Of a stretch of DNA of 64,000 nucleotides, positions 46,735 through 55,907 are shown one piece after another. A model generated the notes under the pieces. The model saw only the letters and a list, made by a program, of their open reading frames with translations, was not told the DNA's origin and searched no databases. Origin of the DNA: an uncultured Eisenbergiella sp. Its GTDB lineage: Bacteria > Bacillota > Clostridia > Lachnospirales > Lachnospiraceae. The stretch lies in the NCBI GenBank assembly GCA_947630215.1, contig CANRGX010000005.1:11201-75200 (forward strand), read 5' to 3'. The position numbers and the translations under genes were made by a program. Each line of letters begins with the position of its first letter. Positions within the stretch are counted from its first letter, which is position 1.

Positions 46735-48732
46735 CTATTCCGCTTCATAGGAAAAGGCTTCGCTGCAGTATCCGTCTGCGTCAAAGTGATATTCCTTTCC
46801 CTCTATCTGCGCCGTCGTATCGGCGTAAAAGCTTCCGTCCGCCTTCTGATAACGCCAGCCTGTATCGTTCTTCTTCCAGCCCTCCGGCGTGACGCCCTCC
46901 CGCATATAGGTATACAAATTCAGCTCCGCCCGGATGTCGTCGTCCTGAAAATGCCACCACTCGGAAAACAGATCGTTAAAGCCGGCGGACATCATATAGC
47001 GGGCCAGCAGATCCGCGTTCTCGTTGTTTTGGGCGATGGAAGAATACCAGCTCAAATCGTGCATTTCCGTCTGCATCGTAAGGGCTTTTCCGTCCTCCAG
47101 CCCTTCCAGCGTCAGATCCAGCGCAATTCCCCGGTTGTGGGCCGAAACCGAACTGGCCAGGAAGGAAGAAAGCCCGTAACGGCCTCCCGTCATGACACTG
47201 CCATACGTTTCCCCAATCCTGCTGCCGTCCGAGGTTCCCTGGCAGTCCTCCCCGATCCGCTTTCCCATTTTGCCGCTCATGGTAGAATACAGATAGCGGG
47301 TGGCTTCGTTGGGGCGGAACGCGTCATAGATCCGCAGCCGGTATCCGTCCCGTCTGACCATATTGACCGCCTGCAAAAGCCGGTTCGCGGTGGGATACAA
47401 AAGCGGCACCAGATAGCTGTCCGTATCCAGACAAATATCCTCATAGCCCGGTATTACCGTGTCCGTAATTTCCGGAATGTCATAGCCGTGCACCCGAAAC
47501 AGGGAAGCACAGCTGTTTTTGATGTCATAAGCGCACAGATCCCCCAGGTATTCCGCCAGATTGATCATGCAGTATCTGCCGTCCACCCAGCCTGCCGTAT
47601 CCTGGTAACGGACGAGGAAAAAATCGCCCTCCTGGCGCAGGACGCAAAGGGCCGTCCCCGCCGGAATGCGCCCCAGGCTGCCGGTGCCATCCGCATTTTC
47701 CCAGAAGGGCTGCTCCAGCAGGGGCCAGACCGTACAATACAACGGCGAAACCTCCACGCGGAACGTGACCTCATAAGGGTTGGCGGTGAAATTCTCCGTC
47801 TCCTTCTGCTCTGTTGTGTCATAGGCAATGACCCGGAAGCGAACCTGGGTTCCGGAGGGCAGGGTGCCTGCCTCGTACCGGTTTTCCCCGCCCTCCAGGA
47901 CAGCGCACGTCAGCCAGTCGTTTTCCTTTGCGGACCATCGCTGTACCTCGCAGTACTTTCCCTCCACGCTATCCCACTCCAGCGCGTACTTTCGATCCCC
48001 CAGCCCTTCGTAGGTCAGATTCAGCTGGCCGCCGAACAGCTCCCGGTGGGAAATTGCCACCGGTTCCGCGTAGGCGCTGTAAGAAACGTATCCGTCCCCC
48101 TGCACCTTCGTCCGCACCGTAAACAGAATCGTATCCCGATCCCGCAGAACGTCAAAATCGGCCCCCGCAGACAGACAGATCAGAGGGCTGTCGGATTCCC
48201 CGATGCTCTGCCACGCTCCCTCTTTATCCTGGATATATATTTCATAAACGTTTCCTTCCGTTTCCGTACATCCCAGGAAAATCTGCTTGTCCACGCTGTC
48301 CACATCGCCTTCCAGCCTAGGCTGTCCAAGCGCCACCGGCTCGATCAGAAACTCCGAAACGTCCCCTTCCTTCTTTCGGGACATATGCAGCAGATTCACC
48401 GTTTCCCGGATCGGCTGCAGGCGCAGATAAATCTTCTCTCCCTCCGCCACACCGGCCAAAACCACGCTGTCTTTGGGATATTCTCCCAGCGCCGTATAAC
48501 TGTCCCCGTCCAGACTGTATTCCACTCTGCACCGGGAAACGGAAAGCTGCGAAGGCCAGGACAGGGACAACTGTCCCTCCTGCAGACTGATCTGCAGCGC
48601 CCCCGCCGGAAGCACAGGCTTTGCCCCCGCAGGCTGTAAAAGCAGGCCTGCGCCGAAGGCTGCCGCAAAAAGCAGCCCGACGCCCAGAAGAATCAGGATA
48701 ATCCGAAAAACGGCCCCAAACCATTTCTTCAT
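46735..48732 (-). CDS. Membrane-anchored modular M15 (VanX/DdpX-like) metallopeptidase A: TM, FN3-like domains, SH3-like domain, M15, cell-wall-binding repeats
   Basis: 'IYDAFRP', '[13 protein letters not shown]' (SxHxxGxAxD), 'EWWHF'; C-terminal '[16 protein letters not shown]...EYHFDADGY'. Confidence 0.8.
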   Translation of the reverse strand: MKKWFGAVFRIILILLGVGLLFAAAFGAGLLLQPAGAKPVLPAGALQISLQEGQLSLSWPSQLSVSRCRVEYSLDGDSYTALGEYPKDSVVLAGVAEGEKIYLRLQPIRETVNLLHMSRKKEGDVSEFLIEPVALGQPRLEGDVDSVDKQIFLGCTETEGNVYEIYIQDKEGAWQSIGESDSPLICLSAGADFDVLRDRDTILFTVRTKVQGDGYVSYSAYAEPVAISHRELFGGQLNLTYEGLGDRKYALEWDSVEGKYCEVQRWSAKENDWLTCAVLEGGENRYEAGTLPSGTQVRFRVIAYDTTEQKETENFTANPYEVTFRVEVSPLYCTVWPLLEQPFWENADGTGSLGRIPAGTALCVLRQEGDFFLVRYQDTAGWVDGRYCMINLAEYLGDLCAYDIKNSCASLFRVHGYDIPEITDTVIPGYEDICLDTDSYLVPLLYPTANRLLQAVNMVRRDGYRLRIYDAFRPNEATRYLYSTMSGKMGKRIGEDCQGTSDGSRIGETYGSVMTGGRYGLSSFLASSVSAHNRGIALDLTLEGLEDGKALTMQTEMHDLSWYSSIAQNNENADLLARYMMSAGFNDLFSEWWHFQDDDIRAELNLYTYMREGVTPEGWKKNDTGWRYQKADGSFYADTTAQIEGKEYHFDADGYCSEAFSYEAE

Positions 48733-50144
48733 CCGACGTTTCCTCCCACCCTTCCTTCATATAAAATCCGGCAGTCTTCCCCGGATTTTGTCATCACCTT
48801 CACCCAAAACTGTGTCCCCTCCAACTGGAGCTTCGACAAATATAACGTATATCCGTAATCGGTGTCTACGCCGTTTTCCTTTGTCTGGACGCAGAACGCC
48901 TCAAAGACCCTGCTTTGCTTTCCGTCCCCGATCTCCAGCAGGATCGGGCTGTCTGTTTCCAAAAACCGCGCGTCTGCGGTTCCCGAAAATTTCCAGTAGC
49001 TGCCTTCCTCCCCCAGACAGAGCGTGGTATTGCTTTCCGTTCTTTCACAGTCCCCCGGCCAATCCCTTTGCATGGCGCTCATCAGCGGCGGGACGCTGCC
49101 CAGCGTGGGCAGGTGCCGCTCCACCTTTTCCAGTATCACCACGTCCGATTCCGATGTGATCAAATCCGTCATGGGATAGGGCACCTGTTTGGAAAACGTG
49201 GCCTTCTGAAATGCCAGGGCAAAGAAGGGAAGCAGGGAATTTCCAAAGGAATCCCGATACATCAGCAGATTTTTTGTCCCTGTATCGGATACGGTCTGAA
49301 TGTAGTCGTCCTCCACATCGTCCCCCGTCAGATACGACCAGCCCTCCGTGGGCGCGTAACAGATCTCCTCCTCCGGCTGTGCGCCCACCGGATAAACCAT
49401 CCGATTCAAATCCCCGTAATAGGCCCGACTGTTCTGGGACGGTCTGTTTGCATAGCCCGGATTCTCCTTCCCGCAGGCTGTCAGCAGCGCGTCTGAAACC
49501 AGCGCCGCGCCCTTCTGGTTCCAGTGGGAATCCCGCGCATAATACAGCGTTTCTTCCTGCCCGCCAAATAGCGCGTACAAATCCACATAGGCCACGCCCT
49601 CCCGTTTCAGCCAGGGCAAAAGACGTTTGGCGTCGCTCTCCCCGGCCGCCTGCCAGCAGTACCGGGCAGGCATATGCTCCCCGTACAGGGAATTTTTATT
49701 GGGCGCAATGGTAAAGACAAAGGTCTGCCCCAGGCTCCGGGTATACTCCTGCATCAGCGCCAGATTGTGCGCCATATTGAAAAGCATCCGCTCCGACACC
49801 CCGTGATTGTGCTGGAAATCGTCCAGTGTGGCCGCATAGTACAGCCAGCCGTCTTTTCCGGTAATCACGCTGTCCACAGGAGAGGTTTGGAAAATCCCGT
49901 TCCGGATCCGGGCGTCCGCCGCCACCAGTTCCTGGCGGAACGCAAAATGATCGGTGAAATACTCGCCCGCCTGCTGTAAAAAATCCGTATGGATACCCGA
50001 CTCATCCGTCAGCGCAGGCCATTGGGCCAGCGTTGTATTTTCCGTGGTCTGCATTGTCGGCCAAAAGATCATTCCGGCCAGGGGAAGCAGGCAGATCCCT
50101 AAAACCAGCACGCAGTACAGGATGTCCATTCTGTTTTTCTTCAT
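48729..50144 (-). CDS. AlgX/AlgJ (DHHW-like) SGNH-type acyltransferase, membrane-anchored
   Basis: N-terminal TM; 'ENTTLAQWP'; 'VITGKDGWLYY'; D-x-H motif 'RDSHWN' preceding Ser motif 'RDSFGN'. Confidence 0.8.
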   Translation of the reverse strand: MKKNRMDILYCVLVLGICLLPLAGMIFWPTMQTTENTTLAQWPALTDESGIHTDFLQQAGEYFTDHFAFRQELVAADARIRNGIFQTSPVDSVITGKDGWLYYAATLDDFQHNHGVSERMLFNMAHNLALMQEYTRSLGQTFVFTIAPNKNSLYGEHMPARYCWQAAGESDAKRLLPWLKREGVAYVDLYALFGGQEETLYYARDSHWNQKGAALVSDALLTACGKENPGYANRPSQNSRAYYGDLNRMVYPVGAQPEEEICYAPTEGWSYLTGDDVEDDYIQTVSDTGTKNLLMYRDSFGNSLLPFFALAFQKATFSKQVPYPMTDLITSESDVVILEKVERHLPTLGSVPPLMSAMQRDWPGDCERTESNTTLCLGEEGSYWKFSGTADARFLETDSPILLEIGDGKQSRVFEAFCVQTKENGVDTDYGYTLYLSKLQLEGTQFWVKVMTKSGEDCRILYEGRVGGNVG

Positions 50145-50161
50145 CGTTACTCCCCCGCTCC

Positions 50162-51556
50162 CTAAAATCGGAAATAAATGAACGGATTATAGGTGCCGCC
50201 CGACAGACTCAGCAGACACAGAACCAAAAGCAGGACGGAAGCCGCGTAGGAAAGGGGCCGCGTCCAGCTTCTTTGTCCCAGGCGCCGCCGCGCCCAGTCC
50301 CCGACCGGCAAAGAACCGATCACCGCTGCCGCCAGCGCCGCGAAAAACAGCCCGTTTAACGGGGCCGTGGCTGCGGCGGCCACACCGGCGTTAAACGTTA
50401 CCCCCGTAAACATCGCCGCCAACATTCTGCCGGCCTGTCCCACGCTGTCGGAGCGGAACAGGACAAAGCCCACACAGACCACAAGCAGCACATAAAGATG
50501 CCCGAACAGACTCTTTTTTCCCTTCCTGGGGAAAATCGTTTCCAGCGTCAAAAACAGGCCGTGATACAGCCCCCAGAGAACGAAGGTCCAGTTGGCCCCA
50601 TGCCAGAGCCCCGTGCAGAAAAATACAAGCAGACGGTTGATCCACGTCCTGGTTTTGCCCTTGCGGTTCCCGCCCAGCGGGATATAAAGATATTCCCGAA
50701 ACCAGCCCGTCAGGGAAATATGCCACCTTCTCCAAAAATCCTGCATACTCGCCGCGATATAGGGGTGATCGAAATTTTCCTTGATGGAAAACCCGAACAT
50801 CCGGCCCAGACCGATGGCCATATCGCTGTAGCCGCTGAAATCAAAATAAATCTGCAGCATATACGAGACCGCCCCTATCCAGCCTGCCGCCATGGAAAGC
50901 TCTGCTGCCGGCAGGGCGTACACATAATCCGCCGCCGCGCCCATGGTATTGGAAATCAGCACCTTTTTGGAAAGCCCCACAATAAAACGCCGCAGTCCCA
51001 GGGCGGTGTTCCGGGGCGTCTGCGTCCTGTCGTCAATCTGATGCGCAATATCCGCATATTTCACAATGGGGCCAGCGATGAGCTGCGGGAAAAAAGAAAT
51101 ATAGAGCAGCACCTTAAAAAAACTTTTTTCCGCTTCCGCCTTTCCCCGGTACACGTCGATCACATAGGAAAGCGCCTGGAAGGTGAAAAAGGAAATGCCG
51201 ATGGGAAGGCGGATCGAAACGGCAGGGAGGGAAAGTCCCGTCAGAATGTTCACCGTTTCCAGAAGCATTCCCGTATATTTGTAAAAGGCCAGCATTCCCA
51301 GATTCAAAACCACCCCGACGCCCAGCAGCGCCTTTTTTGACCTTTCGGGCCTGCCGGGAAAGGCCCTGGCCAGAAGATAATTGCCGAATACGCAGACGAT
51401 CATCAAAAGGACATACACCGGCTCCCCGTATGCGTAGAACAACAGACTGATTCCCACCAGCACCGCGTTTTTGGCGCGCAGAGTGGGCATCAGAGCGTAG
51501 AGCAGAAAGCCCAGCGGCAGAAAAACACACAGAAAGGGCATCGAACTAAAGGCCAT
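50162..51556 (-). CDS. MBOAT family O-acyltransferase (AlgI/PatA-like)
   Basis: 'LPIGISFFTFQ', 'FFPQLIAGPI', 'QIYFDFSGYSDMAIG', 'FWRRWHISL', catalytic His in 'GLWHGANW'. Confidence 0.93.
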   Translation of the reverse strand: MAFSSMPFLCVFLPLGFLLYALMPTLRAKNAVLVGISLLFYAYGEPVYVLLMIVCVFGNYLLARAFPGRPERSKKALLGVGVVLNLGMLAFYKYTGMLLETVNILTGLSLPAVSIRLPIGISFFTFQALSYVIDVYRGKAEAEKSFFKVLLYISFFPQLIAGPIVKYADIAHQIDDRTQTPRNTALGLRRFIVGLSKKVLISNTMGAAADYVYALPAAELSMAAGWIGAVSYMLQIYFDFSGYSDMAIGLGRMFGFSIKENFDHPYIAASMQDFWRRWHISLTGWFREYLYIPLGGNRKGKTRTWINRLLVFFCTGLWHGANWTFVLWGLYHGLFLTLETIFPRKGKKSLFGHLYVLLVVCVGFVLFRSDSVGQAGRMLAAMFTGVTFNAGVAAAATAPLNGLFFAALAAAVIGSLPVGDWARRRLGQRSWTRPLSYAASVLLLVLCLLSLSGGTYNPFIYFRF

Positions 51557-51567
51557 TTTTTTCTCCT

Positions 51568-52452
51568 TCAGAAAATCACAGGCCACTCCGCCTGCTTGAT
51601 CAGAGGTTTCACCGGATAGGTTTCATAGGTTTTAAAGTAGAAATCCTGCTTTTTGGCATCCTCCATATCCGGATCGAACAGATACCATTCCTCCCCGATC
51701 AGAATTTCCGTCCAGCCATGCGGGGTCACGCCTCCCCGGGCGGAATGAATCTGTCCCGTAACGACCCGGGTCTCATAGCCCAGTCCCCGTGCCAGACTGG
51801 CAAAGGCGGCCGCATAGCGGAAACAGTTGCCCTTCCCGGTGGTGAAAACCTCCAGGGCATACTCCCCTGTCCAGTCCCCGGCAGGCGTCTCATAAGTTCT
51901 CTTATAGCTGGTATGATCCAGGATATACTGATAGGCGGCCCGCAGCTTCTGATCCGCCGTCATTTCCGGCGTGGTAATCGTTGACAGGATCTGCGTCACA
52001 CATTGGGCGAGCGGCGAGGCCTCCTGGGGCAGAATTTCCTCCAGCTTTCCGTCCTTCCCGAACCGGTACTGTCCCACCGTCGCATCCCTTACCATCACGC
52101 CGTCGTTTCCGAAAAAGTAAAGCGCGTCTTTTTCCGAAAGCCATCCGGTAAAAAGGCTGCCGTCCGGCTTCAGATAATAGGTGGATCCGTCCACCTCGGT
52201 CATACCCACCTGGATATAGCCGCCACCGTCCAAGTGCCATTTCAGATCCCCCAGTGCAATCCAGCAGTCCTTTGCCCATGTGCCGTCCGCGTTCTGCCAC
52301 ATCACGCCGCGATCCGCCTGCACAAAGCCGTAAGAAATCCCCTGTGCCCCTGCGCCCGGGGCCGTCTCCTGAGCCAGCGCCCTGATGCCGCCCGCCCAGA
52401 AACACCCGACCGCCGCTATCAAAAGCACCGCTCCATAAACGCCCTTCTTCAT
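51568..52452 (-). CDS. Secreted transglutaminase-like protein with cell-wall-binding repeats
   Basis: Signal peptide; repeats 'WIALGDLKWHLDGGG' and 'YYLKPDG'; Cys-His-Asp motifs 'GNCFRYA', 'HGWTEI', 'WYLFDP'. Confidence 0.8.
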   Translation of the reverse strand: MKKGVYGAVLLIAAVGCFWAGGIRALAQETAPGAGAQGISYGFVQADRGVMWQNADGTWAKDCWIALGDLKWHLDGGGYIQVGMTEVDGSTYYLKPDGSLFTGWLSEKDALYFFGNDGVMVRDATVGQYRFGKDGKLEEILPQEASPLAQCVTQILSTITTPEMTADQKLRAAYQYILDHTSYKRTYETPAGDWTGEYALEVFTTGKGNCFRYAAAFASLARGLGYETRVVTGQIHSARGGVTPHGWTEILIGEEWYLFDPDMEDAKKQDFYFKTYETYPVKPLIKQAEWPVIF

Positions 52453-55181
52453 CTTCCCGTTTCCTCCACGCAATAGCCTTCCTCGTCAAAGGTATATTCC
52501 CGGCCGTCCACAGTCAGCTTCCCACCGGTAAAATAGCTGCCGTCCTCCTGCCGGTATTTCCATCCCCTGTCATCCTTTTTCCAGCCCGTAATTTCCAGTC
52601 CGGAAGCCAGGTAGGTATTCAGCCCCAGTTCGTTTCTCGTCTCGTCGTCCTGGAAATGCCACCATTCCGACGTCAGATCGTGGAATCCGATCCCCTTCAT
52701 ATACTTCGCCAGCAGATCCGCGTTTTCATTGTTATAGGGCAGAGCGGAATGCCAGCTCAGATCGTGCATATCCGTCTGCATCGTCAGACTCTCCCCGGTA
52801 TCCATGCGCTCCAGTGTCAGATCCAGCGCGATTCCTCTGTTATGGGCGGAGGTCTCCGCGGCCAGAAAACTGCCCAGACGGTATCTGCCGTCCGTCATGG
52901 CCGTGTAAAAGGTCTGGGTATTTCCCTGCAGATAACTCCGAAACGCCGCCATCTGATCCGGCGTCAGTTCCTTTAAGGCGATGAGCTCCTGACGGGTCAT
53001 TACGCTAAGCTTCTGTAAAAGATCCGGCGTCAGCCCATAGCCTACGGCCACCGCCGTCATCTGTTCCGGCGTCATGCCGTATGCCAGCGCAATCTGTTCC
53101 GGCGTCGGAAAATCGGCCGTGACCGAAGGATCCTCCGTCTCCTGGGAAGGCAGTTCTGTCTCCTGGGGAATCTGGGTGTCCGCATTTTCTTCTTCCTCCT
53201 GCCCGTCTGTTTCCCTGGGCAGGAAAAATCCCGTGACTGCCAGCAGATCCGCAGACAGAACCTGAAATACCTGAAATTCCTCCTCGGACAGATTTCTGAG
53301 CATGGTCACCGTCTGTCCCGAAATTATATCCAGTCTTTGCACCGTCTCGGCAGGCAGACCCATGGCCGTCAGTTCCTCCGGCGTCTTTTCCGAAAGCAGC
53401 GCAATGACCTCCGGCTCCAGGCCGCCGTACAGATCCTTTTCCCCGTCTTCTTCCTCCTGCCCGTCCGGTTCCTGCCGGGCATCCGGTTCCTGCTGGCCTT
53501 GCTGCTCCTGCTGATCGTCCGGCACCGCCGCCGTGCCTTCGGTTTCCTCCCCGGGCTCCTGCGTCTTTGTTTCTTCTTCCTCGTCTGCCGGCAGCTTCGG
53601 AACCGGCAGATCCAAAAGCAGTTCCGTGGTGTCATAGAGAAACCGCGTGGCCTCATTGGGCCGGAACGCATCAAAAATGCGCAGATAATAGCCGTCTTCC
53701 CGCACGGCCTCCGCCGCCGCAATCAGTTTCTTGGCGCAGGGATAGAGATAGGGCACCAAAAACGTGCCGTCCTCCAGCTGTACGCCCTCATAACCCTTCA
53801 CCACGGTTCCCGTAATACCGGGAATTTCATAGCCGTGGACGCGGAAAATGGAATCGTATCCGTTGGCAATATCGTAGGCACACAGATTCCCCAGATACTC
53901 CGACAGGTTGATCAGGCAATAGCGGGCGTCCACATAGCCGTAAGTATCCCGGTAGCGTACCCGGAAGCGTCCGTTTTGCTCTCCCAGCACGCACAGCGCC
54001 TCTCCCGCCGGTATCTGAGCCAGCGCGTTTTCTCCGTCTGCACTCTCCAGCAGATTTAAGGGCATAATCGGCCATACCGTACAGTAATATGTGGAATATT
54101 CCGTGCGGAAGGTAGTTTCCAGCGGCTCGTCTACAAACTGCCCTTCCTCCCGCTGGTTTTCGGTATCATAGGTCACTACCCGGAAGGACACCTGGGTACC
54201 GGAGGGCAGACGTCCGGTTTCATAGGACAATTCCTGTGTCCAGTCGTAGGTGGCCATGGTGACCCAGTCCCGCTCCGTATCCGACCACTGCTGCAGGGCA
54301 TAATATCTGCCTTTTCCTTCTTCCCATCTCAAAATATACTGACAGACATCAATCCGGCCGCAGCTTAATCCCTGTCCTTCCTCTATGAGTTCACTGCGCT
54401 GGATATAAACGGGATCGGACAGTTCTCCATAGAGAAGACAGCCGCCTTCCCGCCTGCCCTCCCGCACTGCCAGGCAGACCGGATGATCCCGGTCAGGCAT
54501 CGCTATCCCGTGGACAAAGTCCAGTTCCACCATTCCGTAGACGTCCTGGGCATACAACTCCCAGGAGCCGTCCTCCCCTTTTTGGAACACCTGATATTCA
54601 CAGCCGGGCACCGCCGTCCAGAACAGGGAAACCCTCTGCGGATCCGCACCGGCGCTTTTGGTCAGCACCGGCCGGCCAGGTTTTGCGTCATCTACAGAAA
54701 CTTCCTTTTTTTCTCCTTTGAAAACATGGGAAATCCCCAGAATTTCTGTCTCCCGTACCGCCTGCAGCCTAAGCCGCAGCGCTCCGCCGCCGTCAGGCGG
54801 CAGGGGCAGGTACGCTTCTGTATCGTATTCGCCATACAGCGTCCAGGTCTTTTGTTCTGTTTCATATGTATACAGACGGCATTTGTCGTTTTCCCGCAGG
54901 GCAGGCCAGGTCACTTCATAACCGCCGTCCTTCATGCAGATCTGGATCTCTCCTTCCCCGAATACCGGCCGGTTCACGCGCCAGTAGAGAAAGAACCCGG
55001 CCCCGCCTATAAAGGACAAAACAAGGATCACCAAAAGAGCGCAGGCGAAGACGGACAAAAGTTCCCGGATTACCCGCCGTCTCCTGCGCTTTTTTCTTCT
55101 CGTCCCTCCGACGCCGCCATAGCTAATCGGCTGATACCGGACCAGACCATAATTCCGCCGTCTGCGCCCTCTGCGTTTCAA
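52449..55181 (-). CDS. Membrane-anchored modular M15 (VanX-like) metallopeptidase B with a ~230-aa acidic insertion
   Basis: Paralog of 46735-48732 ('LPSGTQV.FRV..YD', 'YCTVWP', 'YCLINLSEYLG', '[12 protein letters not shown]', '[13 protein letters not shown]', 'EWWHFQDD'); TTG start after GGGAG. Confidence 0.8.
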   Translation of the reverse strand: MKRRGRRRRNYGLVRYQPISYGGVGGTRRKKRRRRRVIRELLSVFACALLVILVLSFIGGAGFFLYWRVNRPVFGEGEIQICMKDGGYEVTWPALRENDKCRLYTYETEQKTWTLYGEYDTEAYLPLPPDGGGALRLRLQAVRETEILGISHVFKGEKKEVSVDDAKPGRPVLTKSAGADPQRVSLFWTAVPGCEYQVFQKGEDGSWELYAQDVYGMVELDFVHGIAMPDRDHPVCLAVREGRREGGCLLYGELSDPVYIQRSELIEEGQGLSCGRIDVCQYILRWEEGKGRYYALQQWSDTERDWVTMATYDWTQELSYETGRLPSGTQVSFRVVTYDTENQREEGQFVDEPLETTFRTEYSTYYCTVWPIMPLNLLESADGENALAQIPAGEALCVLGEQNGRFRVRYRDTYGYVDARYCLINLSEYLGNLCAYDIANGYDSIFRVHGYEIPGITGTVVKGYEGVQLEDGTFLVPYLYPCAKKLIAAAEAVREDGYYLRIFDAFRPNEATRFLYDTTELLLDLPVPKLPADEEEETKTQEPGEETEGTAAVPDDQQEQQGQQEPDARQEPDGQEEEDGEKDLYGGLEPEVIALLSEKTPEELTAMGLPAETVQRLDIISGQTVTMLRNLSEEEFQVFQVLSADLLAVTGFFLPRETDGQEEEENADTQIPQETELPSQETEDPSVTADFPTPEQIALAYGMTPEQMTAVAVGYGLTPDLLQKLSVMTRQELIALKELTPDQMAAFRSYLQGNTQTFYTAMTDGRYRLGSFLAAETSAHNRGIALDLTLERMDTGESLTMQTDMHDLSWHSALPYNNENADLLAKYMKGIGFHDLTSEWWHFQDDETRNELGLNTYLASGLEITGWKKDDRGWKYRQEDGSYFTGGKLTVDGREYTFDEEGYCVEETGR

Positions 55182-55233
55182 TCTCCCATTCTCCCAATCA
55201 TCTTAACAAACCTGACCGCGCTTTTTCTCCCGT

Positions 55234-55755
55234 TCAGTCGTCAATATACTCCACATGGCCATCGGAATACAGCACCTCCCAGTATCCGCTGTCCATGCCG
55301 CAATCTTCGATATAAGTCCGGCTGACCTCTGTCACGGCGCCATCCTGGGCCTGGGCTTCCGCCTGTGCTTGTGCTTCCGCCTGAGCCGCCGCTTCTGCTT
55401 CCGCCTCTGCCTGCGCCTGGGCTTTTGCCTCCGCCTGGGCCGCCGCTTCCGCCTCTGCCTGGGCCTGCGCTTCCGCCTGGGCCTGGGTTTCATCCGCCGT
55501 TTCCTTTTCGGTTTCTTTGGCGTTTTCTGCCGGCATCTGCGTCTTGGGTTCTTTCTCCTGCTCCGGTTCTTCCTGCGGCAGATTTTCTGTCTTTTCCTCC
55601 GGTATTTCCAGACTGTCCGCCGTTTCCGTCTCCACGGCGCTTTCCACGGGGGCCATTACCTCAACGGCCGTATTCTCTACACCCGTTTCTGTCTGCACGG
55701 TCGTGCACCCGGAAAGCGTTACAGCAATTCCTATAAAAATCAGCCACTTTTTCAT
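55234..55755 (-). CDS. Lipoprotein with acidic and (EAQA)n stalk and a short C-terminal beta motif
   Basis: Lipobox 'LSGC'; RBS AGGAGG; C-terminus 'EVSRTYIEDCGMDSGYWEVLYSDGHVEYIDD'. Confidence 0.75.
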   Translation of the reverse strand: MKKWLIFIGIAVTLSGCTTVQTETGVENTAVEVMAPVESAVETETADSLEIPEEKTENLPQEEPEQEKEPKTQMPAENAKETEKETADETQAQAEAQAQAEAEAAAQAEAKAQAQAEAEAEAAAQAEAQAQAEAQAQDGAVTEVSRTYIEDCGMDSGYWEVLYSDGHVEYIDD

Positions 55756-55907
55756 TTTATCCTCCTGTATTAGGCAATAAAGTCCTTTTTATTTTTGTAA
55801 ATTATTGCTTAATCAATTTTTTATCTATTCTAAAAGAGCTACCATACAATACTCCAGCAGGAACCCATTTCCGAGATGAAACAGTATGCACAGTATGGCA
55901 TTTCCTG

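Noticed and set aside
46711-48639. 642-aa plus-strand ORF, and similar long antisense ORFs at 3282-4544, 12204-13655, 15093-16316, 33130-34452 and 37953-39455
   Set aside because: Each is exactly antisense to a well-supported gene and has no recognisable domain or RBS.
5-55181. Vancomycin-resistance cluster (a VanZ-like gene plus two VanX-like genes)
   Set aside because: VanZ is ~46 kb from the M15 genes. There is no D-Ala-D-Lac/Ser ligase, VanH or VanR/S pair, and the M15 proteins are large and extracellular.
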